From Felis catus (lineage: Eukaryota), in contig NC_058383.1 in the NCBI RefSeq assembly GCF_018350175.1, positions 12,648,001 to 12,712,000 of the forward strand: 64,000 nt of DNA, given 5' to 3'. Made by a program: the position numbers and the translations under genes. Positions 36,650 through 49,504 of this stretch are shown piece by piece; positions within the stretch are counted from its first letter, which is position 1; each line of letters opens with the position of its first letter. The notes beneath the pieces were generated by a model. It ran no database searches. It was given only the letters and a program-made list of their open reading frames with translations, and was not told where the DNA came from.

Positions 36650-36872
36650 GGGCACCTGGGTGACTCAGTGGGTTAAGCGTCAGAGTCTCAGTTTTGACTC
36701 AAGGTTTGTGAGTTCAACCCCTGCATCAGGCTCTGTGCTGACAGCACGGAGCCTGCTCGGGATTCTCTCTCTCTCCCTTTCTCTCTGCCCTCCCCGCATC
36801 TCTGTCTCTCTCAAAATAAATAAACTTGAAGAAGAAGAAGAAGAAGAAGAAGAAGAAGAAGAAGAAGAAGAA
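36650..36872 (+). mobile_element. SINEC with (GAA)15 tail
   Basis: SINEC body, then 'aaataaactt' and (gaa)15 at 36828-36872. Confidence 0.93.
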
Positions 36873-38330
36873 GAGAAACCCTACCTAGGTAGATGATGTA
36901 ATTCTGGAAGTATTTCTTAGAGTTAATCAAAGGTTTGTCCCACAAAATACACAAAATCAAACAAAGTCTACTAACATCGCTCTTTACTCTTTTCATTCCC
37001 TCAAGGGCTGGGGGTATCATTCAGAATGGCACTGTATTTCTAAACTGCATTTCTCTCCCAAAATACATGAGCTGTTTTATTTGTCTGGCTTATGCAAGCG
37101 CCAGCCACAGCAGGATCCTCCTCTGTGTTTTCACCTAAGCAGCCAAGAGAGAACTCTGCCCTGACGTACCTGCTCCCCACTAAAGAACACTTTCTTGAAT
37201 GCAACTTGACAACCCAATTCAACTCAGTCCACAAGCATTACATTTCCATTCAGTAAATTTGTGCCTCTCGGTCCACAATTAAGAAGGAAATATGGTGCGT
37301 GTACCCCCTACGTGTCCTGGCAGGAAGAAAAATGTTTATCGCTGGCTTAAAAGGAAAGCTCCCAGCAAGCTAAGACCCAAAAGTCAGACCACGAGTAAAG
37401 AGTTTGCCCTTCTGTAAGTGGTTTCTGCCCCTGCCAAGCGTTCCTTCGTCCTGCTATTCACCTGGGGGACCTTCCCAGCTGTCTGCCTTCTATATGAACG
37501 GGAAATTCAAGGGTAAGAAGTAAGCCGCTGGAGTGATCTAGATGCAGCTCCCGGCCCTAACTCCAAGACCCTACCTGTCTACACCCCATCTGAGCACACT
37601 CCCAGAAGCTCGTCTCTCTCACCAGCTCTTCTGCTGGGACTGTTGTAAATTCCACTGCCAAAGGCAGTTCCCCTGCCAGATGTCCACAATAGAGGAAGTG
37701 GCTAGTGTTTCTCTGGCCTGACCAGGCCGCGGGTCCTCCCGCGTGTGAGAAGTATCTGTCTTCTCAGCTCCACCGGCCAGCACTCTGCATGTGTCTCTTC
37801 CTCCAGTCCCCTCCTTCCCCCACCCCCCTCGTCTGGGTCACGTTTCAAGTGCTTTTGGTTGCTGTGGCGTTTGCCTGCGAACGTTAAATATTCAGCAACC
37901 TCTGGGCTTTGGTGCAAATAGGTTGGCTTTGAGCAAAGAACAAGCTGATCTCAACTGAAGGGAGCCGCACGGCGAGCCAGCAGAATCAACGGTTCAACTG
38001 AAGTTGCAAAGCAAGAAGGCTGCCTCGTCCACGAGACCACACACCGCAAGGGGAGAACCAGGGTGCTCCTTTGCAGGGGTAGCCTGGGGCAAATGCCAAC
38101 CTCCCTGGGTCCGGGTGTCCCCTAAAATGAAGAGATTCGCTCCGACCTGATAGGGGTGTTCCGGGAGATGGCATGGGAAGAGGCATGTGCTTGGCTCAGT
38201 GACTGTGAGCTCTGTTTAGCAACCAAAACACACTGCTGAGGGGAGACCTGAAAATTATCCAAAGGAAACCTCCATCTGCAGATATTTCCAATCTGGAAGT
38301 TCAGAAAGGGATGCATATGCATATGTTTTC

Positions 38331-38333
<3 letters not shown>

Positions 38334-38364
<31 letters not shown>

Positions 38365-38374
38365 TACACACACA
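38334..38374. repeat. (CA)n microsatellite, interrupted
   Basis: CA run with a cgcata interruption. Confidence 0.93.
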
Positions 38375-38424
38375 AAGTTAGCCTGTATTCCTTTCGTATT
38401 CCTTGGACTAAACAGTACCTACCT

Positions 38425-38665
38425 TAATAATGGTAATATGGCTGCCGCTAATTGAGCACTTACTATGCGCCAAGCGCTGTACTAGGCACTTTATCTACAC
38501 GCCTTTCATCTTCAAAACAGCCTTTGGGGAAATGACTAGGACCCCCTCGCAGAGATGGATGGGCATCTGCGACAGAGACGAGAAGTAACTCACCACCGAG
38601 TGCACAGTGGTTAGCGGCAGATCCCAGAGACCAGCTTCTGGGCCGTCTGACATTCGCAGCCTGGT
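38425..38665 (-). mobile_element. MIR
   Basis: 'attgagcacttactatgcgccaagcgctgtactaggcacttt...aagtaactcacc...gccgtctgac'. Confidence 0.8.
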
Positions 38666-39255
38666 TCATATCGCCGCCCCCCCCCCCCATGCAGGTAGGG
38701 AGTGTCCATCCAGCGGGGTCTTCTGCTTCCCGGACACCGAGTGTTATGGAAAAGGGCAAAAGTAAGTTTCAGTTCAGGGAGAGGAGGTGGACTTCTCCTC
38801 GTTCGAGCAGCCAGTCTGTACTGACAGCCCGCACGCTCTAACAGAGCCGCCCCGATCCCTGTCCTGCCTGGGGAACCCCCCTCCCCACCACGTGGCAGCC
38901 CCCCCAAACTGCCCAGGGCTCTCTGGTCCAGTGGTGTGACCTCTCTCCGGCGCACAGAGACAGCAAGTGTGCTGAGGGAGCGTGGGACACCCTCAAAGCA
39001 CAGCCACACGCCAGGCCTAATTAGCTTAGTTTTACCTCCGCTGCTCCTCCCAGCGGTGTCCAATCCCTGCAGCCAAAAGGCTAAGAACCTGGCTGCCAGC
39101 ATCTCTGCAGCGGCTTCTCAGAGCCTGTTCGTAATTCATTTTATAAAGGGCCTTGGCTCCCCAGGTCCATTCCATGTGCCTGATTCAGGTGAGATCATGA
39201 CAGGAATCATTGCCAAAGCTCGGTCCAGTGGAATAAGCGCTCGCTGGCATGTGCC

Positions 39256-39328
39256 TGTGTGTGCACGTGTGTGTGCGTGTGCACATGTGTGTGTGTGCAC
39301 GTGTGTGTGTGTGTGTGTGCACGCGCGT
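39256..39328. repeat. Perfect alternating purine-pyrimidine (TG/CA/CG) tract
   Basis: 73 bp of unbroken Y-R alternation. Confidence 0.93.
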
Positions 39329-40559
39329 CAGAGAAAGAGAACGAAGGCTCCTTAACACACCGAAAAGCCAACCAGTGAGGTTCTCGGGCTTTTGAGATCC
39401 TGGACTGGCCTGAAAGGGTAGATTTTCTTTCAGTAATTCACTCGATGAACTGAGCGCCTTTCGAGTGTGTCAGACGCTGCCCTGGGCACTGGGGACTTAG
39501 AAATTACCCAGACACGTGATCTCTGACCTCCAGGAACTTACCATTGAACGCGGAATCTACACATGGAGATGACAGCACAGGTCATTAGGGCTGTGAAAGG
39601 AATTAGTATAAGCTGCTACATGAGTGCAGAGAAGGAATATCTCACTCAGTCTTTTAGACTCAGTCTTTTTATGCAGATCAGCAAGATTCCATAAAAGCCA
39701 CCAAAAACTCAGAACTTAGCACAGAGCCTGGCATGGTGTAGGCACTCAAGCCAATATTTTTGGATTAAAATGAGTTGACTCTCTGTAAACTAAGTAAGAA
39801 TTAGCTAGTCCAAAAGGGGAGGTTCATATTTGTATCAGCTAGGAACGCGTTTGCCTACATCGCGTAGCTTTAACGACTGAGAGTTTATTTTGCTCACAGA
39901 ATAAGAAATCCAGAGTTAAGTTGCAGTTGGTATTGGCCCGGCATCTCAGGGATGTCAGAAGTAGCATCTCGGTGATTCTCTTGCTTTTTCCTCATGGTCA
40001 CAAGATGGTTCCCCTAGCTCCAGACATCACATCTACCTCCAAAGCACAAAAGAAGAGTGTGGCATGGCATCAATTTTGGCCTCTCTTTTTAAAGAACATC
40101 TTCTCCCCAGATTCTCGCCCACATCTTGGTCAGACCTTGCTCCGTGGTTTCTCTTAACCACCAGAGAACCCAAGAAAGGTAGGAATTTGGGGTTCCATGG
40201 TGAAGGCAGGCATGAGAGATAGAAGTTGGGATGATGGGCTTTAGATGAGCTAACCACCAGAGTCAGCCATAGCATTCCCAAGTTCACTTTTCTTCAACAC
40301 TGCCTGCTTTCATCTACTACCCATTCGGTCCATTAACATTTATTCTGTGTCGTCTTTGTGAGCTTCCACGTGAAGCCCAAAGTCTCTGCCCTCAGATCCA
40401 GACACATCACGGTTTTGTCTTAGAACGAGCAAATTGACGGAAATGGGCCAAGAGAGGGTAGGGAGAGCTTTTTCTGGAAAAGTCTTCTCCCTCTTCATGT
40501 GCCTTCTCCCTCCCATCCTCCTCTCTGTCCGGTTCCTCAAGCCCTACCTACCCTTTTCT

Positions 40560-40985
40560 GTTTTTATTCTTAATTTTTCTAAAATACGCATATCATAAAA
40601 GCCACCATTTAACTAGTTTTAATTAGAGTGTAGCTCAGCAGTGCTATGTTCGCATTGCTGGACGACCAACCTCCAGAACTCTTTTCATCTCGTAAAACTG
40701 GAACCAGTACCCGTGAAACAACAGCTCCCCATCCTCCCTCCCCCGGCCTCAGGCAGCCACCTTCCCACTCTCTGTGTCTGTGAATTCGACTATCCCAGGT
40801 ACCTCAATAAATGGAATCGTGCGGTACGTGTCCTTTTGCGACCGGCTTGATTCACTTAGCATAACGTCCTCGAGGCTCGTCCATGTTGTAACAGGTATGA
40901 GAAATCCCTTCCGTTTTAAGGCTGCATAATATTCCACTCTACCTCTGTACCGCATTGGGTTCATTCACCCACCCATCAACAGGTA
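40560..40985 (-). mobile_element. L1MB-like 3' end
   Basis: 'ctccagaactcttttcatc...gcagccaccttcccactctctgtgtctgtgaattcgac...atttcacttagcataacgtcctc'-type motifs. Confidence 0.85.
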
Positions 40986-42178
40986 AAACGTACCTGTTTC
41001 AATCAGACAAAAGTGCTTCCTTCCACGATGACCGGAACGCTGTAGCCCTCGGCAACCTTTTTCGGCGTTGTTACTCTCTCTGTGAAAAGTAAAGGAACAT
41101 GTGCATTGAAGCTACTGACACCGTTCCCTGTTAGTCAAAGGCATATCTATTCTTCATTAATGTACGTCATGTGTCCAATGAATATATTCACAGTCCCCAC
41201 CTCCAGGGCCTGGTAAGCAGACGGTTCGCAACTACGTGCTCATACCTGCTGTTAAAATACTCCCAATAGAATCACCCCGATCCCCTGAGTGACCCTGCCT
41301 CCCCGACCCATGCCCCGAGAACCCCCCCCCATCATCTTGCAATCAAAAAGTCAACGTGGACTAGTTAAGTGTTTTTAATACCCACGCTACTTGTATCATA
41401 AAACCGTTGTGATAATTAATTGCGATAACACCTATAAAGTACTTAACATAGTGCCTGGAACCAGTAAATAATAAAATTTTGCTCTTACTACATTCTGATT
41501 GTTGTAGGACACTTAGAGATGACGCACTCTAAATCACGGGCAAAGAACTTGACAACACTTTTTGGGAAAACATTCTCTCCGAACACTGTCTCAACCACTC
41601 GGCTTTGGGGAATTTGTTCCTGGCCTCAGACCTCTGTCTCCTCTGCACTGAGTGGGAGTATTTGCTAGAAGTTCGAGGGGACACCCCGCTGGCTAGTGAG
41701 AGGAGGTTCTGGGCGGTGGGCACGACCGGCCTGGCATCCTGACTTGAAGGCTGTGAATGCCGTGTGAATCTCATTTATTTCTCCAATGCTCTCTGTTCTA
41801 GCTTGGCCATTGTCTAGACATGGTGGGGGCGGGGGGGGGGATGTGAAAAAGTAAGAATTTCTTTAGGGCTCACCGATTTTTCTTCAGCTTTATGAACAGC
41901 TACAGTGGGTGGTGTGTTTTGTCTGTTCTGTTTTGCTTTTCAGTAGGAAATTTTTCTTACCTCCCCCGGGCCATCCACACGCCCATGCGCACTGTGCAGC
42001 CCAGTGTTTAACTGTGGTCACTGGTGATACCAAACCTGCTCACTTGTTTGCCTACGCGATGCCAAAACCATCGACGACTTGGCTCAGTGTTTCATACCCA
42101 GCCAGTGGTCTCGATGTCGTCCCCACCCCTGCCTCTCAGAACAAAGACTCAGCCTGTGTGTCTCAAAAAGGACCTTGA

Positions 42179-42370
42179 GGGGCACCTGGGTTGGTTGAGC
42201 GTCCGACTTCGGCTCAGGTCATGATCTCACAGTCGTGGGTTCGAGCCCCATGTCGGGCTCGACGCTGACTGCTCAGAGCCTGGAGCCTGCTTTGGATTCC
42301 GTGTCTCCCTCTCTCTCTCTGCCCCTCCCCCCTCCTCTCTCTCAAAAAATAAATAAACGGCCACAACAAC
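42179..42370 (+). mobile_element. Can-SINE (SINEC)
   Basis: SINEC with a small head deletion; TSD about aaagaccttga. Confidence 0.9.
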
Positions 42371-43265
42371 AAAAGACCTTGAATTCAAACTCGAATCTGC
42401 CCAGACTCATCTTTGCTGAAACTGTGACTTCTATGCCTTTGGCTCTCTCCCTCGGTGCTGCTGATTAAAATTTTAAAGTTCCCCCAAAAGGTGAGTCAAA
42501 TCCATAGAAGGAAACATGTCACAGAAATGAGTCGGGAGGGTTCTGCCAGCAGGTCTAACCAACGAAAAATGCTACACGCCAACCAACGCATGAGGGTGGC
42601 CTTGGTGTAATAAGAACAGAGAACCTTCAGCCCGAGTGACACCGTGGTCTGCCCTGCACCACCGTGGGGCGTAAGTAACGTGCCTGATAAAAGAGCAGGG
42701 AGCCTGGAATGATCTGATAAGGATCAGGTCCCACCGCGGAATCTTAAACAGAGCAGGGACATGATCAGAATGGTGATGGGGACTCCCTTCCACGGGCCGG
42801 TGGATTGGAGAAGGAGAGGACAGCCGGGACAGACACTGCAGCAATCCGCCTGAAGGGGACAACGGATCCTGACCTCTGTCGGGTGACAGCCGGAGGAGAT
42901 GCTGCTGACAGTCTGCAGAGGAAACTTGTAGGGAAAAACCAAGACCTGAGGACTGTCTGAAAGCGGGGTATGGAAGTCATTGGAATCAGAGTTACAAGTG
43001 CCGGATGTCTCCTGTAAGGAACAAAGAACGCAGTGGGACTCACAGAAGGTGTCTGAATCGGGGCTCTCAGAAAACAGTTGAATGCAAGGGGCCGGAGCCT
43101 AACATCTGAAAAGAGGGCCAAGGAGCTCTCTGAACTCAGGCTAATGGGAATATAGTCTGCTGTCTGAGTTTGGAGCAGCAAGTCTAGCCCAGTCCCCAGC
43201 GGTAGTAACAGCCCACAGGCGATGAGACAAAAATGGGTAAACGTGGTAAAAACTTGTCTTGAAGG

Positions 43266-43840
43266 CAATGGGGTCCTGGTGCCAGCTCTCACCAGGAATT
43301 TTGCACATCCGTTATTGAAAATCAAGGTATATGCACTTACAGGGGCTCCTGGGTGGCTCCGTCGGTTAAGCATCTGACTTCGGCTCAGGTCACGATCTCA
43401 CCACTGGTGGGTTCGAGCCCCGCCTCCGGCTCTGTGCTGACAGCTCGGAGCCTGGAGTCTGCTTCGGATTCGGTGTCTCCCTCTCTCTCTGCCCCTCCCC
43501 TGCTCATGTTCTGCCTGTCTCCCCAAAATAAGTAGACATTTTTTTTAATTTTTTTAAGTTATATGAACTTGCAGTTAAATAAACTATATTAAAAACAAAG
43601 GCAATAAGTCTTTAAACCTCATCACTTCCTAATTATTTTACTTCGTTTTACTGTTACTACTATCTGTGCTCTTGAGGTTGTTTATGTGCGTTGGATCGAT
43701 AGTGTGCCAATGCTATAGAACAGTTAGGAAGAGGCATCTCTTCCTAACTCTGCGTTTAGTGATGTCACTTTAGTCGCTGGCAATCAGACGCGATGGGATA
43801 TTTACACCATGGAAATTGGGAAATGCTGCATATCGGCCCG
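43266..43840 (+). mobile_element. MER63B/C-type hAT-Blackjack element split by a SINEC
   Basis: 'ttaaaaacaaaggcaataa...ctcatcacttcctaattattttact...tgctcttgaggtt...atttacaccatggaaattgggaaatgct'. Confidence 0.8.
43341..43555 (+). mobile_element. Can-SINE (SINEC)
   Basis: full SINEC; TSD aaggtatatgcacttac / aagttatatgaacttgc. Confidence 0.93.
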
Positions 43841-44370
43841 TCCAGTTCAGGCCCTGGGAGGCAGCCTCCGGCTGGGGTGGAGGCTGGGCGGAAGCCGGGC
43901 ACGGGCGGGGTGTTCGTCCTTCAAGTAAGGGCCATGCCGCCCCAGTGCCTGCCTCCGCTAAGGCACTACTCAGTCCTGGGAAGCCTCCTCTATTGCCACG
44001 CAACCTCTGGCTCTTGGGGTGCCAGACTTGGGGTGGCAAACGGACCTTCCATGGCTTACATTTGGTGTCCTCGGTGTCTCCAAAGTCTATCCAGGTCTTT
44101 CTTTCATTTGTAGTTTAAAGAGCCTTCCTTAGGCAGTAGTAGATTTCCTGCTGCTAACCGGGCACCTGCAAAGATTCAAGCCCCTGGGTTCAATGAAGTT
44201 CCCAGAGATACATGGTCAGGACCTGGCAAGAGACGGCAGACACCCCCCAGTCCCTACACCTTGTCAGTTCATACCAAGTGGCTTTCCCCCAAGAAACCCG
44301 GTTAACTGTCCTTGAAGGACAAGGGAGTCACCAGAGGGCAGCTTAATAGGCCTTTTAAAAAGTCAGGTGG

Positions 44371-44483
44371 AGGGGCGCCTCGGTGGCTCAGCCGGTTAAG
44401 CATTCGCCCCCTGATTTCGGCTCGGGTCACGATCTCACGGTTCCTGAGTTTGAGCCCCGTGATGGACTCTGTACTGACAGTGA
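44371..44483 (+). mobile_element. SINEC (5' half, cut by an N gap)
   Basis: 'aggggcgcctcggtggctcagccggttaagc...'. Confidence 0.85.
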
Positions 44484-44633
44484 NNNNNNNNNNNNNNNNN
44501 NNNNNNNNNNNNNNNNNNNNNNNNNNNNNNNNNNNNNNNNNNNNNNNNNNNNNNNNNNNNNNNNNNNNNNNNNNNNNNNNNNNNNNNNNNNNNNNNNNNN
44601 NNNNNNNNNNNNNNNNNNNNNNNNNNNNNNNNN

Positions 44634-44801
44634 TCCGTCGTGAAGCATCTGACTTCAGCTCAGGTGAGGATCTCCGAGTTCGTGAGGTCGAGTCCTGCAT
44701 CAGGTGAGCTCGTGTCCCGCTTCAGGTAGAACACGAGCCTCAGGTGAGCCCCCGTTCTCAATCTCTCTCTCTCTCTGCCCCTCACTCACTTGCGCCCTCT
44801 C

Positions 44802-44841
<40 letters not shown>

Positions 44842-44842
44842 A
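44634..44842 (+). mobile_element. Atypical SINEC-related element with (TAAA)n tail
   Basis: tRNA-like head, then a repeated 'caggtgagc' body instead of the usual 'gagcctggagcctgcttcggatt'. Confidence 0.75.
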
Positions 44843-45417
44843 TGTTAGAGGGGAGCTGTTCCAGGCTCAGGAGAGGGTTCTGGAACCCCAACCCCACCAC
44901 CCTCACTGAGCACACCCCTCCATCTTCCCTGCTGCCTCCTGTTTCTGCACTCACAGCTCACCTCCCTGCTTCCGGTTTGGCGGCCCCCTGTGCGCCCTAT
45001 CTGTCCTCCACAGGGGGGGCACCAACAGGCGCACCGCCCCCGGGGTGCACAGTCAGGGCCGGTGCACCTGGCCCCCAAGGGCTCTCTTACTACTGTCACC
45101 AAGCCCCACCCACATGCCCCACCGAGTCTTATTCATAGTGAGACCTTCTCAGCATTTGCTTTGGTCCGGCACACAGTAAGCACTCAATAAATGGTTGATT
45201 GAACAAATAGACGACATCCGAGCCTTGGCGTGTTGGCACTCGCAAGTGTCTAGTCTCGAAGAAGAAGAGGTCAGCGGTTTCAGAGCGGCTCCCTCCCTGT
45301 GTGGCCTCAGGATTCTCCCCAAAGTGACAGCTTATAAACCTTCTCTATGTATTAACTTATTTAATCCCCACAAGTACTCTATGAGGAACACACTGTTGTG
45401 GTTATTACTGTTATCAC

Positions 45418-45767
45418 TTTTTTTTTTTATTAAGTAGGCTCCACGGCCAGTGCAGAGCCCAATGCGGGGCTTGAACTCACCACCCTGAGATCAAAACCTG
45501 CGCCGAGATCAAGAGTCGGACGCCTGGGGCTCCTGGGTGGCTCAGTGGGTCGTGCGTCCTGACTTGGGCTCAGGTCACGATCTCTCGGTTCATGAGGTCA
45601 GCGCAGAACCCACTTCAGATCCTCTGTCCCCCTCTCCCCGTCACCACCCCCCTCTCCCACTTGCATGCACGGACTCTCTCTCGCTCTCTTGCTCTCTCTC
45701 AAAACTAAACAGACTTAAAAAAAAAAAAAAGTCAGAGGCTTATCTGACTGAGCCACCCAGGTGCCCC
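45418..45767 (-). mobile_element. Reverse SINEC interrupted by a forward SINEC (45526-45730), all inside a MIR
   Basis: outer head 'ctgagccacccaggtgcccc' at ~45748-45767; inner TSD about aagagtcggacgcct / aaaagtcagaggctt. Confidence 0.88.
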
Positions 45768-46493
45768 ACTTTTTTTTTTTTTAACAGAAGGGACAACCGA
45801 GGCACAGAGAAGTTAAATAATTTGGATAAATACAAAAATCAAGCTTCGCAATCTCACACTTAACCAGCAGGCTATATGGCACACCAGTAGCTTAGCACAA
45901 GGCCAGACATGCTCTAAGTGCTCAAGAGACATGGGCCTCCCGCAGATCACGGCTTCGGGGAGCCCCAACACTCAAGTCACTTTCCCGCATCCGGGAGAGC
46001 GCCCTCCCTGGTAGATCTATCACGCAGAGCAAAATCTAACATCTGCGTCACTTCTGGCATCGCTGGGGCGGTGTCGCTCACAAGGGGGAAGCAGCTTGGG
46101 GTGTCATAAAAATGACCCCGAAGGAGGATGACAGGACAAGGCCAGCGGCACGTCTCCAGAGCTCCGTCTCCCCACCTGTGAAACCGAGCGGAAATAAAGG
46201 CGCAGACTACCTCACCGTGTGGTTCTCAGCTTACATGAGGTAAGAAATGTCAAAATGTTTTGTAAATTACGGAAGCTGTTAAAGATATGAGTTCACAGGG
46301 GAAAGCGGGGCGGGGAGCGGGGTGGGGGGTTCTGGTGTGAGTGGGGGTGATTGTGAGGTTGTTCAGAGGCCCACCCCGCCCCACACTCCTCTCCCTTCTC
46401 CTCCCCTTCGTTCAGCCGGAGCACAGGGCCGAGGAGCAGCGTGCAGGTCTATCGCTATGTACAAATAAAACTCAAGATTTCTGTGCTGGGAGT

Positions 46494-46876
46494 TGCTATG
46501 GACCTGAATGTGTGTCCCACCCCACCCCCCACCTTATTTCCTATGTAGCATTAAATCCCAATCCCAAGGTGATGGTATTTGGAGGTGGGGCCTTTGGGAG
46601 GGGATTAGGTCATGAGATTAATGTCCTTACTTTAAAAAAAAAAAAAAAAAAGCCACAGAGAACTTCCTAGCCCCTTCTGCCATGTGACCCGTAAGGAAGG
46701 ACACAGTGAGAAGACCACCATATATGGACCAGGAAGCAGGCTCTCACCAGACCCCAAATCTGCCAGCACCTTGATCTTGCCTGCACCCAGCCCCCAGAAC
46801 TGGGAGAAATCCGTTTCTGTTGTTCCTAAGCCACCGGGCTCTGGTATTGTTACAGCAGCCCAAATGAACAAAGACG
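46494..46876 (+). mobile_element. MLT1A-type MaLR solo LTR
   Basis: 'tgctatggac...gtgatggtatttggaggtggggcctttgggag...aaatctgccagcaccttgatcttg...gcagcccaaatgaacaaagac'; 5-bp TSD ggagt at 46489-93 and 46877-81. Confidence 0.9.
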
Positions 46877-46987
46877 GGAGTTTTATTACAAATTATTTTA
46901 AATTGACATGATTTTCAAAAGCAGATCCAAAAGCCATATAAACTATTTCATCCTGGACACCACCATGAAAAAAGAACTCCGAAAAAC

Positions 46988-46989
<2 letters not shown>

Positions 46990-47025
<36 letters not shown>
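46990..47025. repeat. (CA)n microsatellite
   Basis: pure CA run. Confidence 0.96.
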
Positions 47026-47027
<2 letters not shown>

Positions 47028-48254
47028 CTCGAACCCTTATTTATAACTAGAACCAGTTCCTACTCACTCCATATAGGGGGTTTTGCTTGTTTGCTTGTTT
47101 GTAATGCAGAGCCATTAGTTGCTTGTTTTATAGGGTTTGAATTGCTAAGAAAAGCTTTTATGGGCAGATAGGGATGGGCTTGGCAGCCTGACTTCACCAG
47201 GCAGACCTGAACATTTGCATTTTCTGGCTTTTATCGGCCTAAGTTCACCAACTAAAGTCCTAGTCAACAAGCTTTTTACATCTGAATAGGTTACAAAGTG
47301 TTTATAGGTCTGAGCCCTTCCAAGACAGTAGTTAATTGGCCTCCCAAACAACAGCGGGAGAGTCTCATTATCCTGATTTAACAAAGGAAGACACTCCATC
47401 CGGAGAAGTTAAGGGACTGGATCCAGGCCCTTGCGCTGAGTCTGATCATCATTGTCTTTGGTACCCTTATTGTAGTCACTGATTTTTAACATCCTGGGAG
47501 GGCACTGCAACAATCTGTCCTCTTCCTCCAGGAGCTCATGGATTAATAGACCTTTGACGTGGCCATTTCTCAAAGAGCTAAGTAGGTAATAAAACATAGA
47601 TATTTATTGAAAGCAATACTCTGGTACCTCAGGCCTTCACCCTTCATTAGCAGAAATCAAAGGAACCAAATCCAGAACCATGAGACGTCATCTCTGTGCT
47701 GGGTCTCAGTTTCCCCATCTGTGGTAGAGAGAGAGTATCAGCTGACCAGGTCTTCCTTCCCAAGGTCCCTTCTTAAACAGGTGAATTCCCAGGCACCCGC
47801 ATGAAGTGTTGGGGTTGGGGGGGTGGGGGGTGGTGCGGGCAGGATCGGAGTCTGCGGAAAATGTGGGAAGTGCCGTTCTAACGAAGGATCCGACAGCAGA
47901 GGATGGAAAGCTTCAGGGATAAATGTGGCGACGGCATTGTCATTGTTGGATGTGGCCCTCACAGCTGCTGACCCAGAAATATGGTTTATTTTTAGAAGTT
48001 TGGACAAAGCCAGAGCCCGACAGACCACTTATCGCATAGAATGGAATCCAACTAAGCGCCTTGAATGGATAGCAACACGGTCACCTCATTAGGACTGTGA
48101 CGAGGTGCCTTTTTCTACCGGACACCATCTGCCCAAACGTAGTCAGAAGGGCATACAGATGAGCAACAGCCCAAGCCAAACTGCTTGGGCTGCAGACGAC
48201 CTGGGACAACTAACGTACCTTCCAGCTTCCTCATCTGTAATGTGCAATTAACAC

Positions 48255-48597
48255 GCGGCAAGGATGAATTTCGAAAACGTGATGCGAAGTGAAAGAAACC
48301 AGACCCAAAAAGCCACGTCTCCCATGATTCCGCTTACCTGAAGTGTGCAGAGTGGACCAATCCACAGAGACAGAATCCGGATCAGTGGTTGCCGGGGGCT
48401 GGGGGGGATGGGAAGTGATTGCTTAACAGGTACAGGGTTTCCTTTCCGGGTGATGAAAGTGTTCTAGAACTAGGCAAGTAGCGATGCACCACATTGTACC
48501 ACATTGTGAATGCGCTAAACGCCGGGAAATCATACGCTTTACGATGGTTACGATGATGAATTTTAGGTTATGCATATTTTACCGCAATTTTTAAAAA
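48255..48597 (+). mobile_element. L1MB-like 3' end
   Basis: 'aagtgaaagaaaccagacc...tacagggtttcctttccgggtgatgaaagtgttctagaacta...catattttaccgcaattttt'. Confidence 0.85.
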
Positions 48598-49504
48598 TGC
48601 AGTGAACAATCGCTTGTCCCCAACCCCTCTCCCCATCCAGCAGGGAGGGGGTCCGGACCCAACGATGGCAATGAAAGTGGTGTCTGGGTGGGCAGGCGTC
48701 AGCTATTATGCCCTCCACCAAACAGGCATCTTCGAACCAGACTGATTGCTCATATGCCCGCTAGGATATCTCCCTCCATAACCAAACTCCCCACATGCAT
48801 GTGCCTTATCCCGTGCATTCTTTTCTTCTTCTAAACTACCAGAAAACCGAGGCTCAGAGAGGCTCAGAGCTTGTAAGTGACAAAGCCAGGATTGAATCCA
48901 GGTCGGGGACCAAAACCCGAGCTCTTGCTATTATAAGACGCTGCCTCCTGAGAGCAAAGATAGTAATGTTTATGAATATACATGTACTTTCTGTACCTTC
49001 TACACTTCACTAAAGGCTTCCAAACTCTTTACCCTTATTCTCGTAATAACCCTGTGAAGTAGGTGTTATCTCCAGAAATGTGTTTTGGGATTTGCTTTGT
49101 TTTTATGAACCCTGGATTGCGAGCCAAAAATGTTCCCATCAGATATGGAAATCCTGACCCCCCTCCTCACCCTGAGTCCCCAACTGAGCTACTGCACATT
49201 AGCTCAATTAAGTGCATGTTTCTCTCCTAAGGAAAAGTCTGAAAGAGAACAGAAGGGGGGGGGAAGGCTACAGACAAGAAACTCATGGGAGCATGATGTA
49301 TTAAGACTTCTTTCATTAAGTTAATATTTATCGAGCATGTACTATGCATGCTTGTAGGCATATTTAGGACACGGTAGATAAGGTGGCTACCTGACTTCTG
49401 ACCTTGTGAAACTTGGAGCCTAATGCAGTATTTGTTATTTAAACCAGAGGGATTACCTAGAGAGCTTTTTAAAATAGAGATTGCAGGGCCCTGCCCCCAG
49501 AGAT

